A DNA stretch of 64,000 nucleotides from Prochlorococcaceae cyanobacterium (GTDB lineage: Bacteria; Cyanobacteriota; Cyanobacteriia; PCC-6307; Cyanobiaceae), in the NCBI GenBank assembly GCA_044347105.1, contig JBIIXY010000001.1, positions 19,984 through 83,983 of the forward strand, written 5' to 3'. The translations under genes were made by a program, and so were the position numbers. Positions 24,134 to 34,304 of the stretch are shown piece by piece. Numbering within the stretch: position 1 is the first letter of the stretch; each line of letters begins with the position of its first letter. Under the pieces are notes generated by a model. The model was given only the letters and a program-made list of their open reading frames with translations, searched no databases and was not told where the DNA came from.

Positions 24134-25924
24134 CTAAACGATGGCGCCCTTGATGTCGGAGTTGTGGCTGCGGGCGCTGAGATGCACCTCCCCGCGCACC
24201 AGGTCGAGGGTCACAATCTCACCCTGCTGGAGGCTGGCGATGGCGTCGCTGACGCCCACGATCGCCGGGATGCCGGTGCGCTTGGCGATCTGGGCGGCGT
24301 GGCTGTCCGCTCCTGCCGACTCGGCAATCACCGCCTTGGCCTTGCGGAAGGCCTCCTCGTAGGCGGCACTGGCCTCGCGCAGCACCAGGATCTCGCCGGT
24401 CTGGATGGCTGCGGCGGCTTCAGGGCTGTCCACCAGACGCACCCGGCCGCTCACCGACCCATTGCCGATGCCCAGGCCCTTGTTCAGCACGGCGGCCACG
24501 ATGCCCACCTTGATGAAGTCGGTGGAACCACTCACGCCCGAGAGGGTGCCGGCGGTCTGCACCACGAGGTCGCCGTCTTGGAGGAAGCCCAGCTCGCGGG
24601 CCATGCCGGTCGCCAGGCTGAAGGTGCTGGTGGTGGACGTCTGCTCCTGCACGAGCAGGGGGTTCACCCCCCAACAGAGTTGCAGCTGGCGGGCCACCTT
24701 GGTTTCGCTGGTGATCGCCAGGATCGGGGTGCTGGGACGGAACTTGCTCACGTTGCGGGCGGTGCCGCCGCTCTTGGTGAGGGGCAGGATCGCCGCCGCG
24801 TTCAGGTTGCGCGCGATGGTGCTCACCGCCTGGCAGATGGCGTTGGGAATGGTGGTGGCCATGCGGCTGTCGATCACCCGCTGGGGGTAGTCGCGCTCGA
24901 TTCGCCTGGCGATCGTGGCCATGGTGGCAACGGCTTCCACAGGGAAGTCACCCACCGCGCTCTCATTGGAGAGCATCACGGCGTCGGTGCCGTCGAGGAT
25001 GGCGTTGGCCACGTCGCTCACCTCGGCGCGGGTGGGCCGGGGGCAGCTCACCATCGAATCGAGCATCTGGGTGGCGGTGATCACCGGGATCCCCAGGCTG
25101 TTGGCCTTGCGGATCAGCTCCTTCTGCAGCAGGGGCACCTCCTCGGCCGGCATCTCCACGCCCAGGTCGCCCCGGGCGACCATCACCCCGTCGCAGAGCA
25201 GCAGGATGTCGTCGATCTGGTCGATCGCCTCGAATTTCTCGATCTTGGCCACCACCGGCGTGCTGGCTCCGTGGCTGGCAATCAGCTCCTTGATCTCCAG
25301 CAGATCGGAGGGGTTGCGCACAAAGCTGAGGGCCACCCAGTCCACGTCCTGCTGCAGCCCGAAGGCCAGATCGATCTTGTCCTTCTCGGTGAGGGCCCGG
25401 ATCGAGAGCTGTACATCGGGGAAGTTCACCCCTTTGTTGTTGGAGAGCACGCCACCCACGGTCACCCGGCACTGCAGGGTCTGGCTGGCCTGGTCCACAT
25501 CTTCGACCACCATCTCCACCCTGCCGTCATCAAGCAGGATGCGGCTGCCACTCACCACCTCATCGGCCAGATTGTCGTAGGTGACGGTGGCCATGCTGCG
25601 ATCGCAGGCCACATCCCGGGATGTCAGGGTGAACGGATCGCCCTTGGCCAGGGTGATCGGCCCGTCCACGAAGCGGCCCAGGCGGATCTTGGGGCCCTGC
25701 AGGTCCTGGAGGATGCCGATATGCACGCCCAGTTCCTCCGAAACCGCACGGATGGTGGCGATACGGGCGGCGTGCTCGCTGTGGTCGCCGTGGGAGAAGT
25801 TCAGGCGGAAGGTGGTCGCCCCCGCGGCGATCAGTTCGCGCAGGCGTTCGGGTGATTCGGTTGCTGGCCCGATCGTGGCCACGATCTTGGTGCGACGCAT
25901 GAGATCGGGCTTTGGCATCAGCAC
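24134..25924 (-). CDS. pyk: Pyruvate kinase with C-terminal PEP-utilizer-like domain
   Basis: 596 aa; RRTKIVATIGPA, NFSHG, MVARGDLGVE; extra C-terminal domain (..AQIAKRTGIPAIVGV..) as in long cyanobacterial/Bacillus-type PKs; exact start (25924/25918/25900) uncertain. Confidence 0.95.
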   Translation of the reverse strand: MLMPKPDLMRRTKIVATIGPATESPERLRELIAAGATTFRLNFSHGDHSEHAARIATIRAVSEELGVHIGILQDLQGPKIRLGRFVDGPITLAKGDPFTLTSRDVACDRSMATVTYDNLADEVVSGSRILLDDGRVEMVVEDVDQASQTLQCRVTVGGVLSNNKGVNFPDVQLSIRALTEKDKIDLAFGLQQDVDWVALSFVRNPSDLLEIKELIASHGASTPVVAKIEKFEAIDQIDDILLLCDGVMVARGDLGVEMPAEEVPLLQKELIRKANSLGIPVITATQMLDSMVSCPRPTRAEVSDVANAILDGTDAVMLSNESAVGDFPVEAVATMATIARRIERDYPQRVIDSRMATTIPNAICQAVSTIARNLNAAAILPLTKSGGTARNVSKFRPSTPILAITSETKVARQLQLCWGVNPLLVQEQTSTTSTFSLATGMARELGFLQDGDLVVQTAGTLSGVSGSTDFIKVGIVAAVLNKGLGIGNGSVSGRVRLVDSPEAAAAIQTGEILVLREASAAYEEAFRKAKAVIAESAGADSHAAQIAKRTGIPAIVGVSDAIASLQQGEIVTLDLVRGEVHLSARSHNSDIKGAIV

Positions 25925-25974
25925 CCCTTCGTTAGGCCGAAACTACCATCGGCCCTGTCCCACGGTGATTCCAC

Positions 25975-26304
25975 TTGGATTTCAGCACCTATCAACAGCG
26001 CAGCCGTGAGACAGCCCGCTACCCCGATGTGGGTGCCAACCCGATCTACCCCACCCTCGGCCTCTGCGGCGAAGCCGGCGAGGTGGCCGACAAGGTGAAG
26101 AAGGTGATTCGCGATCAGCAGGGAGCCTTCTCCGCCGACACCGTGGCTGCCCTGAAGCTGGAGCTGGGCGATGTGCTCTGGTACGTGGCCCAGCTGGCCA
26201 GTGAGCTGGGTCTGGATCTGGGCGGTGTGGCCCAGGCCAATCTCGACAAACTGGCCAGCCGTGCCGCCCGTAACGTGATTGCTGGCAGCGGGGACGATCG
26301 GTGA
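25975..26304 (+). CDS. MazG-like nucleotide pyrophosphohydrolase domain protein
   Basis: 109 aa, TTG start; YQQRSRETARYP ... LGLCGEAGEVADKVKK ... ELGDVLWYVAQLA ... ANLDKL pattern of small MazG proteins. Confidence 0.75.
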   Translation: MDFSTYQQRSRETARYPDVGANPIYPTLGLCGEAGEVADKVKKVIRDQQGAFSADTVAALKLELGDVLWYVAQLASELGLDLGGVAQANLDKLASRAARNVIAGSGDDR

Positions 26305-26828
26305 ACGCCAAGGTGCAGGGTTTGCAGGCAGCACCGCCGTCAGGTGCTCAGCTCCGCTGGCCCTGGCTTGCAGGTGTGCTGCTGACCCTTGTACTGCTGC
26401 TTCTACTGGCCTGGCCTGGTGCCGCCGGCGCCGCCGAGCTGCGGGTCAGCGAGGTGATTCTCGAGCCCTGTCCGTCTTCCGACGTCGCCGCCCAGCCGGA
26501 TGGCAATCGCTCCAGCAGCGCCGGTTGCTACGCCCTGAGGGGCACGGTGGAGAACCCGGGGCGGCAGATGGTGGTGGACACGGATGTGTATGCCCGCATC
26601 CTCGATGCCAGTGGCGAACCGGTGCTCCAGAACCGCACCCGCGTCGGCAGCATCGGCGATGTGCCGCCAGGCCGTTCCCCATTCGCCCTGCGCCTGGCCG
26701 TGCCCGCCGGCACGCCCGGCCCCCTGGGCGTGACCAGCGTGAAGGCGAGAGGCTTCAGTGCACCGGTGCGCACGAGGGCATCTGCAGACGATGAGCTGCT
26801 GCCTCTCGAGCAGGCCCTGCAGCCTTGA
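26301..26828 (+). CDS. Hypothetical exported/membrane-anchored protein
   Basis: 175 aa; GTG start overlaps the mazG-like stop (GTGA); N-terminal TM/signal WLAGVLLTLVLLLLLAWPGAAGA; no family recognised. Confidence 0.55.
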   Translation: MNAKVQGLQAAPPSGAQLRWPWLAGVLLTLVLLLLLAWPGAAGAAELRVSEVILEPCPSSDVAAQPDGNRSSSAGCYALRGTVENPGRQMVVDTDVYARILDASGEPVLQNRTRVGSIGDVPPGRSPFALRLAVPAGTPGPLGVTSVKARGFSAPVRTRASADDELLPLEQALQP

Positions 26829-26864
26829 AACTGTCGCAGTGCGCCCGCCCGATCAGCACCCCGA

Positions 26865-27152
26865 TCAATACAGGCTGGCCATCACGCTCATGCTGGCCGT
26901 GCCCAGCAGCTGCTGGCCCAGGTTCAGGGCCAGGAACGCCAGGATCGCCGAGATGTCCAGGCCGCCGATCGGCGGGATCAGTCCGCGAAAGGCATTGAGA
27001 TAAGGGTCGGTGATCGAACTCACCGTGCTCAGCACCGGATTGCTCCAGTCCATGTTCGGGAACCAGCTGAGCAGCACCCGCACCAGCAGGATCAGCGAAT
27101 AGATCTCGAGGGTGCGGCTCAGCACGCTCAGCAGGGTGGCGATCACTTCCAT
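26865..27152 (-). CDS. YggT family membrane protein (Ycf19-like)
   Basis: ATG 27152 in ORF 26865..27239; MEVIATLLSVLSRTLEIYSLILLVRVLLSWFP ... ITDPYLNAFRGLIPPIGGLDISAILAF is the YggT signature. Confidence 0.8.
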   Translation of the reverse strand: MEVIATLLSVLSRTLEIYSLILLVRVLLSWFPNMDWSNPVLSTVSSITDPYLNAFRGLIPPIGGLDISAILAFLALNLGQQLLGTASMSVMASLY

Positions 27153-27189
27153 CGTTGGGGGGCAGGGGGCGGCAGGGGGTGGGCCAACT

Positions 27190-27744
27190 CTATGCAGCCT
27201 GGTCGGGAAGGGCCTCGGTGGCCGCCGGCCGCACGGCAAAGGTGCGGTGAAATTTCTCGCTCAGACTCAGCCAGTAGGAGCGGCCTTCACTCTGCCGCCG
27301 GCGCTCGATGAAGTTCTGGGCCAGCAGCTCCTTGATGTGGTCGTAGGCACCGGAGCCCCGCAGCTCCACCAGTTCCGACTGCAGGATGCGCTTCTTCAGG
27401 GCGATGGTGGCCAGGGTGCGCAGGGATGCGGTGGACAGGTCCACGGGCAGCAGGTTCTGCACCAGATCGGTGAGGCTCTCCCGCAGCTGCAGGCTGAAGC
27501 GGGTTCCCTCCTGGCGGATTTCCAGGGCGGTGTCGCGATGGGCGTAGTCGGCCATCAGTGTGATCAGGGCAAGCTCCGCCTCATCCCGCTCCACACCGGC
27601 GATGCCAGCCAGATCACTCAGGCTGAGGGGCTTGCCCTTGAGGTAGAGGATGGCCTCCAGCCTGGCCGCCAGGGAGATCCCGGCCGGGGCGGGGATGGAA
27701 GCCTGCTCGGGGCTGCTGTCGTGCGGCAAGCGTGTCTCCCGCAA
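27190..27744 (-). CDS. scpB: Segregation and condensation protein B
   Basis: 184 aa; [22 protein letters not shown] ... and second winged-helix region [34 protein letters not shown]; start uncertain. Confidence 0.8.
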   Translation of the reverse strand: MRETRLPHDSSPEQASIPAPAGISLAARLEAILYLKGKPLSLSDLAGIAGVERDEAELALITLMADYAHRDTALEIRQEGTRFSLQLRESLTDLVQNLLPVDLSTASLRTLATIALKKRILQSELVELRGSGAYDHIKELLAQNFIERRRQSEGRSYWLSLSEKFHRTFAVRPAATEALPDQAA

Positions 27745-27758
27745 CCGTTGGCCGCAAA

Positions 27759-29342
27759 TTACCGCAGGCTTCCAGCCGGCGGTACGGCCCCCAGAAACAG
27801 CTGGTAGGCAGGATTGCCAGACTCGTCCACATACTGGTATCCAAGCCCGCCGAGGAAGGTCTGCCAGGCGGTCTGTTCGGCGTCCGGCACCTGCACCCCC
27901 ACCACGATCCGCCCCACATCAGCCCCGTGGTTGCGGTAATGGAAGATGCTGATGTTCCAGTTGGGGTGAAGGCTGGTGAGGAAGCGCATCAGGGCCCCCG
28001 GCCGCTCTGGGAACTCAAACCGGTAGAGCAGCTCCCGCTGATCGGGACCGGCGGCCTGCAGGGGCAGGCGGCCGCCCACCATGTGGCGCAGATGGAGCTT
28101 GGAGAGCTCGTCGTTGGAGAGGTCGAGACAGGGGAAGCCTGCCGCTCGCACGTCGTGGATCAGGTCAGCTTCGTCGCGGCTGCCGCTGGTCTGCACCCCC
28201 ACGAAAATGTGGGCCCGGCTGGGATCGGCCAGCCGATAGCTGAACTCGGTGAGGTTGCGCTCGCCCAGCAGGGTGCAGAAGCGGCGCAGGCTGCCGGGTT
28301 GCTCGGGAATCTCCACCGCCAGCATCGCTTCCCGGTCCTCGGCGATCTCGGTGCGTTCGGCCACGAAGCGCAGCCGGTCGAAGTTCATGTTGGCGCCGCA
28401 GGCCACCGCCACCAGGGTGCGGTTCTGCAGCCCGCGGCTGTGCACATCCGCTTTCATGCCGGCGATCGCCAGGGCGCCGGCGGGCTCCAGGATCGAGCGG
28501 GTGTCCTCAAAACAGTCCTTGATCGCCGCGCAGATGGCGTCGGTGTTCACCGTCACCATCCGATCCACGTAGCGCTGGGCCAGGGCGAAGGTGAGTTCGC
28601 CCACCTGGCGCACGGCCACGCCGTCGGCGAACAGGCCCACCTGCTCCAGGCGCACCCGCCGGCCGGCGGCCAGGGAGCGGGCCATGGCATCGGCGTCCTG
28701 GGGCTCCACGCCCACGATCTCCACCTGGGGCCAGAGGGCCTTCACGTAGGCGGCGATGCCGCCGATCAGGCCGCCGCCACCCACCGCCACGTAGATCGCA
28801 TCCGGCGGGGTGGAGCACTGGCGCAGGATCTCCAGGGCAATCGTGCCCTGGCCGGCGATCACGTCCGGGTCGTCGAAGGGGTGGATGAAGCTGAGTGCGC
28901 TCGCCGCCGCAAGCCGCATCGCCTCGCCGCAGGCATCGTCGTAGCCATCGCCGTGCAGCACCACCTCGGCCCCCCTGGCCGCCACGGCCTTCACCTTCAC
29001 GTCCGGCGTGGTCACCGGCATCACGATCACCGCCCGGCAGCCCAGCCGCTGGGCTGCCATAGCCACCCCCTGGGCGTGGTTGCCGGCGCTGGCGGCGATC
29101 ACACCCCGCGCCAGCTCGGCAGCGCTCAGCCCCACCATTTTGTTGTAGGCCCCGCGCAGCTTGAAACTGAACACCGGCTGCAGGTCCTCGCGCTTGAGCA
29201 GCACCCTGTTGCCGAGGCGGGCGGAGAGGATGGGTGCGGGGTCGAGGGGGGATTCGATCGCCACGTCGTACACCCGGGCGCGCAGGATCCGCTGCAGGAA
29301 GCCGTCGGCCTCGGAGCTGGCAGGAATGGAGGTCTCACTCAT
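27759..29342 (-). CDS. ilvA: Threonine ammonia-lyase (biosynthetic threonine dehydratase)
   Basis: 527 aa; PLP-lysine motif [16 protein letters not shown], plus two C-terminal regulatory repeats. Confidence 0.95.
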   Translation of the reverse strand: MSETSIPASSEADGFLQRILRARVYDVAIESPLDPAPILSARLGNRVLLKREDLQPVFSFKLRGAYNKMVGLSAAELARGVIAASAGNHAQGVAMAAQRLGCRAVIVMPVTTPDVKVKAVAARGAEVVLHGDGYDDACGEAMRLAAASALSFIHPFDDPDVIAGQGTIALEILRQCSTPPDAIYVAVGGGGLIGGIAAYVKALWPQVEIVGVEPQDADAMARSLAAGRRVRLEQVGLFADGVAVRQVGELTFALAQRYVDRMVTVNTDAICAAIKDCFEDTRSILEPAGALAIAGMKADVHSRGLQNRTLVAVACGANMNFDRLRFVAERTEIAEDREAMLAVEIPEQPGSLRRFCTLLGERNLTEFSYRLADPSRAHIFVGVQTSGSRDEADLIHDVRAAGFPCLDLSNDELSKLHLRHMVGGRLPLQAAGPDQRELLYRFEFPERPGALMRFLTSLHPNWNISIFHYRNHGADVGRIVVGVQVPDAEQTAWQTFLGGLGYQYVDESGNPAYQLFLGAVPPAGSLR

Positions 29343-29414
29343 GCCTCCAGTGTCGCAATCGGCACCAGGCCGAGGCCGGCACCTTCTAGATTGCAGCCCA
29401 CCTCAGGGGCCGTG

Positions 29415-31337
29415 ATGCATCTCAGCGAGCTGACCCACCCGAATCAGCTGCACGGGCTCAGCATCGCCGAGCTGGAGGCGATCGGCCGCCAGATCCGGGA
29501 GCGCCACCTGGAGGTGGTGAGCACCAGCGGCGGTCACCTCGGCCCCGGGCTGGGAGTGGTGGAGCTCACGCTGGCCCTCTACCAGACCCTTGATCTCGAC
29601 CGCGACAAGGTGGTGTGGGATGTGGGCCACCAGGCCTATCCCCACAAGCTGATCACCGGTCGCTACAACGCTTTCAACACCCTGCGCCAGAAGGATGGCG
29701 TGGCCGGTTATCTGAAGCGCTGCGAAAGCCGCTTCGATCACTTCGGCGCCGGTCACGCCAGCACCTCGATCTCAGCGGCCCTGGGCATGGCCCTGGCCCG
29801 CGAGCGGCGCGGGGAGGACTTCAAGTGCGTTGCCGTGATCGGCGATGGCTCCCTCACCGGAGGCATGGCTTTGGAGGCGATCAATCACGCCGGCCACCTG
29901 CCCCATACCCGCTTGCTGGTGGTGCTGAACGACAACGACATGTCGATCAGCCCACCCGTTGGCGCTCTCTCCACCCACCTCAATCGCATGCGGCTGAGCA
30001 AGCCGCTGCAGTTCCTGCAGGACAACGCCGAGGAGGCGATCAAGCACCTGCCGTTCATGCACGGAGAGCTGCCCCCCGAGCTGAAGAACCTCAAGGAGAG
30101 CATGAAGCGCCTGGCGGTGCCCAAGCTGGGCGCCGTGTTCGAGGAGCTGGGCTTCACGTACATGGGGCCGGTGGATGGGCATGACATCGCCGGCATGATC
30201 CGGGTGTTCCATCAGGCCCATGAGCATGAGGGGCCGGTGCTCGTGCACGTGGCCACCACCAAGGGCAAGGGCTACGCCTATGCGGAGGCTGATCAGGTTG
30301 GCTACCACGCCCAGAGCGCTTTCGATCTGGCCACCGGCAAGGCCTATCCCTCCAGCAAACCCAAGCCGCCCAGCTACAGCAAGGTGTTCGGCCAGACCCT
30401 GGTGAAGCTCTGCGAACAGGACCCCATGGTGGTGGGCATCACCGCCGCCATGGCCACCGGCACGGGCCTTGATCTCCTGGAGAAGGCTCTGCCCCGGCAG
30501 TACTTCGACGTGGGCATCGCTGAGCAACACGCCGTGACCATGGCCGCTGGCATGGCCTGTGAAGGTCTCAAGCCCGTGTGCGCCATTTACAGCACCTTCC
30601 TGCAGCGCGCCTACGACCAGTTGATCCACGACGTGGGCATCCAGAACCTGCCCGTGACCTTCGTGATGGATCGGGCCGGCATCGTGGGTGCCGACGGCCC
30701 CACCCATCAGGGTCAGTACGACATCAGCTATCTGCGCTGTGTGCCCAATTTCACGGTGATGGCACCGAAGGATGAAGCCGAGCTGCAGCGGATGCTGGTG
30801 ACCGCGATCCAGCACAGCGGCCCCTGCGCCCTGCGCATCCCCCGCGGAGAGGGCGAGGGCGTTCCCTTGGCGGAAGAGGGCTTCGAGCCCCTGCAGATCG
30901 GCCGCGGTGAACTGCTCACCGACGGCGACGACCTGCTGATCGTGGCCTATGGCTCGATGGTCTACCCCGCCCTGGCAACCGCCGGGCTGCTTCAGGAGCA
31001 GGGCGTGCGTGCAGCGGTGGTGAATGCCCGCTTCCTGAGGCCCCTCGATGAGGCCTTGATCCTCCCCCTGGCCCGCCGCATCGGCCGGGTGGTCACGATG
31101 GAGGAGGGATGTCTGGCAGGCGGATTCGGCGCGGCTGTGGTGGAGACCCTCAGCGACCACGACGTGCTGGTGCCGACCCTGCGCATCGGCATTCCTGATG
31201 TGCTGGTGGACCATGCCTCCCCAGACCAGAGCAAGCAGGCTCTCGGCCTCACACCGGCTCAGATGGTTGAGACAATCCTGGAGCGCTTCCCGGTCCGGCG
31301 CTCGCTGCAGACCAGCCCCCAGGTCCTGGGGGTCTGA
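29415..31337 (+). CDS. dxs: 1-deoxy-D-xylulose-5-phosphate synthase
   Basis: ATG 29415 in frame within ORF 27732..31337 (the upstream part is antisense to ilvA); 640 aa; [38 protein letters not shown]. Confidence 0.95.
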   Translation: MHLSELTHPNQLHGLSIAELEAIGRQIRERHLEVVSTSGGHLGPGLGVVELTLALYQTLDLDRDKVVWDVGHQAYPHKLITGRYNAFNTLRQKDGVAGYLKRCESRFDHFGAGHASTSISAALGMALARERRGEDFKCVAVIGDGSLTGGMALEAINHAGHLPHTRLLVVLNDNDMSISPPVGALSTHLNRMRLSKPLQFLQDNAEEAIKHLPFMHGELPPELKNLKESMKRLAVPKLGAVFEELGFTYMGPVDGHDIAGMIRVFHQAHEHEGPVLVHVATTKGKGYAYAEADQVGYHAQSAFDLATGKAYPSSKPKPPSYSKVFGQTLVKLCEQDPMVVGITAAMATGTGLDLLEKALPRQYFDVGIAEQHAVTMAAGMACEGLKPVCAIYSTFLQRAYDQLIHDVGIQNLPVTFVMDRAGIVGADGPTHQGQYDISYLRCVPNFTVMAPKDEAELQRMLVTAIQHSGPCALRIPRGEGEGVPLAEEGFEPLQIGRGELLTDGDDLLIVAYGSMVYPALATAGLLQEQGVRAAVVNARFLRPLDEALILPLARRIGRVVTMEEGCLAGGFGAAVVETLSDHDVLVPTLRIGIPDVLVDHASPDQSKQALGLTPAQMVETILERFPVRRSLQTSPQVLGV

Positions 31338-31352
31338 GATCGGCCGATCGGT

Positions 31353-31384
31353 CCTCGCAACGACGATCAGACCTCGCAACGACG
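31353..31384. repeat. 13 nt direct repeat in dxs/psaK spacer
   Basis: CCTCGCAACGACG at 31353-31365 and 31372-31384; preceded by the 12 nt palindrome GATCGGCCGATC (31338-31349). Confidence 0.85.
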
Positions 31385-31397
31385 TCTTGGCGACCCG

Positions 31398-31428
31398 CTG
31401 ATGTCCTGCCTGGGTGGCAGGACATCAG
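31398..31428. terminator. Perfect 13 bp hairpin between convergent genes (possible bidirectional terminator)
   Basis: CTGATGTCCTGCC-tgggt-GGCAGGACATCAG; no U-tract on either side. Confidence 0.45.
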
Positions 31429-31447
31429 GGGCTGCAGAACAGCCGAG

Positions 31448-31717
31448 TCAGACCACGCCGCGGGAGGCCAGGCCGAGGATGGCGCCCATACCCAGCAGGT
31501 GGCCGAGGCTGAGGGTGCCGAGCATGGCCCCATGGCTCAGCCCGCCAAACATCGCAGCGTTGGGGAGCTGCAGGCCCACATTGGGCTGTTTGATGGTGGC
31601 CTTGCCGATGGCGATGGCAATCACGTTGCAGATGATCATCACCAGGGCCACTTTGGGCGACCAGGTGAGCGTGGCGGGTGCCATGGCCAGGGGCTGGATC
31701 AGGAGGGGCGCAAGCAT
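31448..31717 (-). CDS. psaK: Photosystem I subunit PsaK
   Basis: 89 aa; TLTWSPKVALVMIICNVIAIAIGK ... FGGLSHGAMLGTLSLGHLLGMGAILGL, PsaK pattern. Confidence 0.85.
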   Translation of the reverse strand: MLAPLLIQPLAMAPATLTWSPKVALVMIICNVIAIAIGKATIKQPNVGLQLPNAAMFGGLSHGAMLGTLSLGHLLGMGAILGLASRGVV

Positions 31718-31793
31718 GGAGCACAGGGCGACGCCCCATCTTCCGGGCGAGCGGGCCCCGCTCCCACACCCCTTAAGACTTGTTCATCCCCGC

Positions 31794-32123
31794 TCAGCGC
31801 CGGGCTGCCTGGATGAAGCCCACCGCCACCAGCAGATTGGCCAGGGTGAGGAAGGCCTCGGCGCCACCGTGCAGGGGGTCGACGTCCGCCAGCTGCCGCC
31901 CCGTGGTCTGCAGGGCAAGGATCGAGGCGGCGATCGTCACCGCCACGAACAGCAGGGTGAGCTGGAAACCGCGCAGGGCCAGGGGGGGGAAACCCTGCAC
32001 CCGCCCCGCCAGCCACAGGAAGGCCAGATAGGGCAGCAGCGACAGCACGAACAGCGGAGCGGGATCGATGGTTCCGAGCCGTTGCAACAGCTCCAGTACA
32101 ACGCTGGCAGGGGGCTCAGCCAT
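31794..32123 (-). CDS. DUF3593 membrane protein
   Basis: ATG 32123 in ORF 31794..32192; PLFVLSLLPYLAFLWLAGR ... DPLHGGAEAFLTLANLL; 8 nt overlap with the upstream DUF2499 gene. Confidence 0.7.
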   Translation of the reverse strand: MAEPPASVVLELLQRLGTIDPAPLFVLSLLPYLAFLWLAGRVQGFPPLALRGFQLTLLFVAVTIAASILALQTTGRQLADVDPLHGGAEAFLTLANLLVAVGFIQAARR

Positions 32124-32445
32124 CGCTGCCCGCCCGGGTTGGGTGCTCAGTGGCGCCCTGACGGCGCAGCAGCAGCAGGCAGGCAAGGGCAAGGGCGAGA
32201 TTGCCGACGGCGGTGAGACCTGCCTGCAGCACCACGAGGCCGTAGAGGCTGGGACTGTTGTCGTAGAGATGCCAGGTGCAGGCGCACATGGCGCTCACCA
32301 GGGCGGGCAGCATGGCCAGGGCAAGCCAGTTCCAGGCCGGTTCCGCCCGCCTGCGGCCCAGCTGCTGCACCGCAAGCATCGCCACCATCCACTCCAGCAC
32401 CGAGGTGATGTGGATCCACCAGGTGGGCAGGGAGAGGGCATGCAT
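32116..32445 (-). CDS. DUF2499 (Ycf49-like) membrane protein
   Basis: 109 aa; MHALSLPTWWIHITSVLEWMVAM ... CACTWHLYDN pattern recalled for DUF2499. Confidence 0.7.
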   Translation of the reverse strand: MHALSLPTWWIHITSVLEWMVAMLAVQQLGRRRAEPAWNWLALAMLPALVSAMCACTWHLYDNSPSLYGLVVLQAGLTAVGNLALALACLLLLRRQGATEHPTRAGSDG

Positions 32446-32494
32446 GGCGGCACCCTATCGGTCCATGCTCCGCCTGGCTCGATAGGGTGCCGCC

Positions 32495-33487
32495 ATGGCG
32501 ATCGTCATGGCCAGGGGCCTGCGTAAGAGCTTCCGCGTGGCGGACAAGCAGCCGGGTTTGGCTGGCACGATGCGCCACGTGCTGCGGCGCCGCTGGATCA
32601 ATCTCGAAGCCGTGCGCGACGTGAGCTTCCAGATCGAGGCGGGTGAGGTGGTGGGCTTCCTGGGGGGCAACGGCGCAGGGAAGACCACCACCCTCAAGCT
32701 GCTCAGCGGCCTGATCCACCCCAGCGGAGGTGAGCTGGCGGTGGCCGGGCACAGGCCCTTCCGCCGCCAACGGGCCTTCCTTGAGGCCATCACCCTGGTG
32801 ATGGGTCAGAAGCAGCAGCTGATCTGGGATCTGCCGCCTCTCGATTCCCTGCGGGTGAATGCGGCCGTTTACGGCATCGACGATCTGGAGGCCCGCCGCC
32901 GCATCGGCGAACTGGCGGAGATGCTGGAGCTGGGGGAGGAACTCACCCGGCCGGTGCGCAAGCTCTCCCTCGGCCAGCGGATGAAGGCCGAGCTGCTGGC
33001 AGCCCTGCTGCACCGGCCCCGGGTGCTGTTCCTCGACGAACCCACCCTGGGACTGGATGTGAATGCTCAGGCGCGGGTGCGCCAGTTCCTGGCCGACTAC
33101 AACCGCCGCACCGGTGCCACGGTGCTGCTCACCAGTCACTACATGGCCGACATCACCGCCCTCTGCCCGCGGGTGCTGCTGATCCATCAAGGCCGGCTCT
33201 TCTACGACGGCTCGCTGGCCGAACTGAGCGAGCGGCTGGCCCCCTGGCGGGAGGTGCGGCTGGACCTGGATCGGCCGGTCGCCGCTGACACGCTGCAACG
33301 CTATGGCGAAATCGAGCAGCTCGACGGTGCCGCTGTGCGTTTGCTGATCGGGCGCGAGCAGCTCACAACCACCCTCAACCAGATCCTCAGCGAGCTGCCT
33401 GTGCTGGATCTGGAGGTGCGTGATCCGCCGATCGAGGAGCTGATCGGCCGGCTGTTTCAGCAGGGAACCCTCGATCCGTTGCCATGA
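32495..33487 (+). CDS. ABC transporter ATP-binding protein (uncharacterised exporter type)
   Basis: 330 aa; Walker A GGNGAGKTTT, signature LSLGQRM, Walker B LFLDEPT, long C-terminal extension. Confidence 0.9.
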   Translation: MAIVMARGLRKSFRVADKQPGLAGTMRHVLRRRWINLEAVRDVSFQIEAGEVVGFLGGNGAGKTTTLKLLSGLIHPSGGELAVAGHRPFRRQRAFLEAITLVMGQKQQLIWDLPPLDSLRVNAAVYGIDDLEARRRIGELAEMLELGEELTRPVRKLSLGQRMKAELLAALLHRPRVLFLDEPTLGLDVNAQARVRQFLADYNRRTGATVLLTSHYMADITALCPRVLLIHQGRLFYDGSLAELSERLAPWREVRLDLDRPVAADTLQRYGEIEQLDGAAVRLLIGREQLTTTLNQILSELPVLDLEVRDPPIEELIGRLFQQGTLDPLP

Positions 33488-34302
33488 GCTGGCGCAGCGC
33501 ATCAACCTGGCTGCGGCGCCACTCCGTGCTCTGGAGTGTGCAGTTCGCCTACATGGCTGAATACCGGGCGGAGATCCTGCTCTGGGCCCTCTCCGGGGTG
33601 CTTCCTTTCATCATGTTGGCGGTGTGGAGCGCTGCCGATGGGCCCGGCCTGGGGCTGGGGCCATCGGCCCTGGGGCGCTACTTCCTCAGTGCCTTCGTGG
33701 TGCGCCAGTTCACCGTGGTGTGGGTGGTGTGGCAGTTCGAGGAGGACGCGATCCAGGGCCGCCTCTCGCCCTACCTGCTCCAACCCCTGCACCCTCTCTG
33801 GCGCTATGTGGCAGCCCATCAGGCGGAGCAGGCCACCCGCCTGCCGTTCGTGCTGTTGATCGTGAGTGGCTTCTTCCTGCTGCAGCCCGCCAGTTTCGCC
33901 TGGCCCGGCCTGGGGCGCCTGCTGCTGGGCATCCTGGCGGTTGGTCTGGCCTTTGCCCTCAACTTCCTCCTTCAGAGCCTGATTGCCTGCCTCTGCTTCT
34001 GGAGTGAGCGCGCCACGGCACTGGAACGGCTGCTGATGATTCCCTACCTGTTCTTCTCCGGCCTGGTGGCTCCTCTTCAGGCTTTTCCTCCCGGTCTGCG
34101 CCAGCTGGCCCTGCACACCCCCTTCCCCTACCTGATCGCCTTTCCGGCCGAATTGCTGGCGGGGGAATCGGTGGCCGCTGCGGGTCCGTTCAGCACCGTG
34201 AACGGCTTTCTCTCCTTGCTGATCTGGCTGGCTGTGCTGTTTCCCCTGCTGCTGCTGCTCTGGCGAGCTGGCGTGCGTCGCTACGGCGCCATGGGGGCCT
34301 AG
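33484..34302 (+). CDS. ABC-2 type transporter permease (DUF990-like)
   Basis: 272 aa, about 6 TM; ATG overlaps the ATPase stop (ATGA). Confidence 0.8.
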   Translation: MSWRSASTWLRRHSVLWSVQFAYMAEYRAEILLWALSGVLPFIMLAVWSAADGPGLGLGPSALGRYFLSAFVVRQFTVVWVVWQFEEDAIQGRLSPYLLQPLHPLWRYVAAHQAEQATRLPFVLLIVSGFFLLQPASFAWPGLGRLLLGILAVGLAFALNFLLQSLIACLCFWSERATALERLLMIPYLFFSGLVAPLQAFPPGLRQLALHTPFPYLIAFPAELLAGESVAAAGPFSTVNGFLSLLIWLAVLFPLLLLLWRAGVRRYGAMGA

Positions 34303-34304
34303 GC

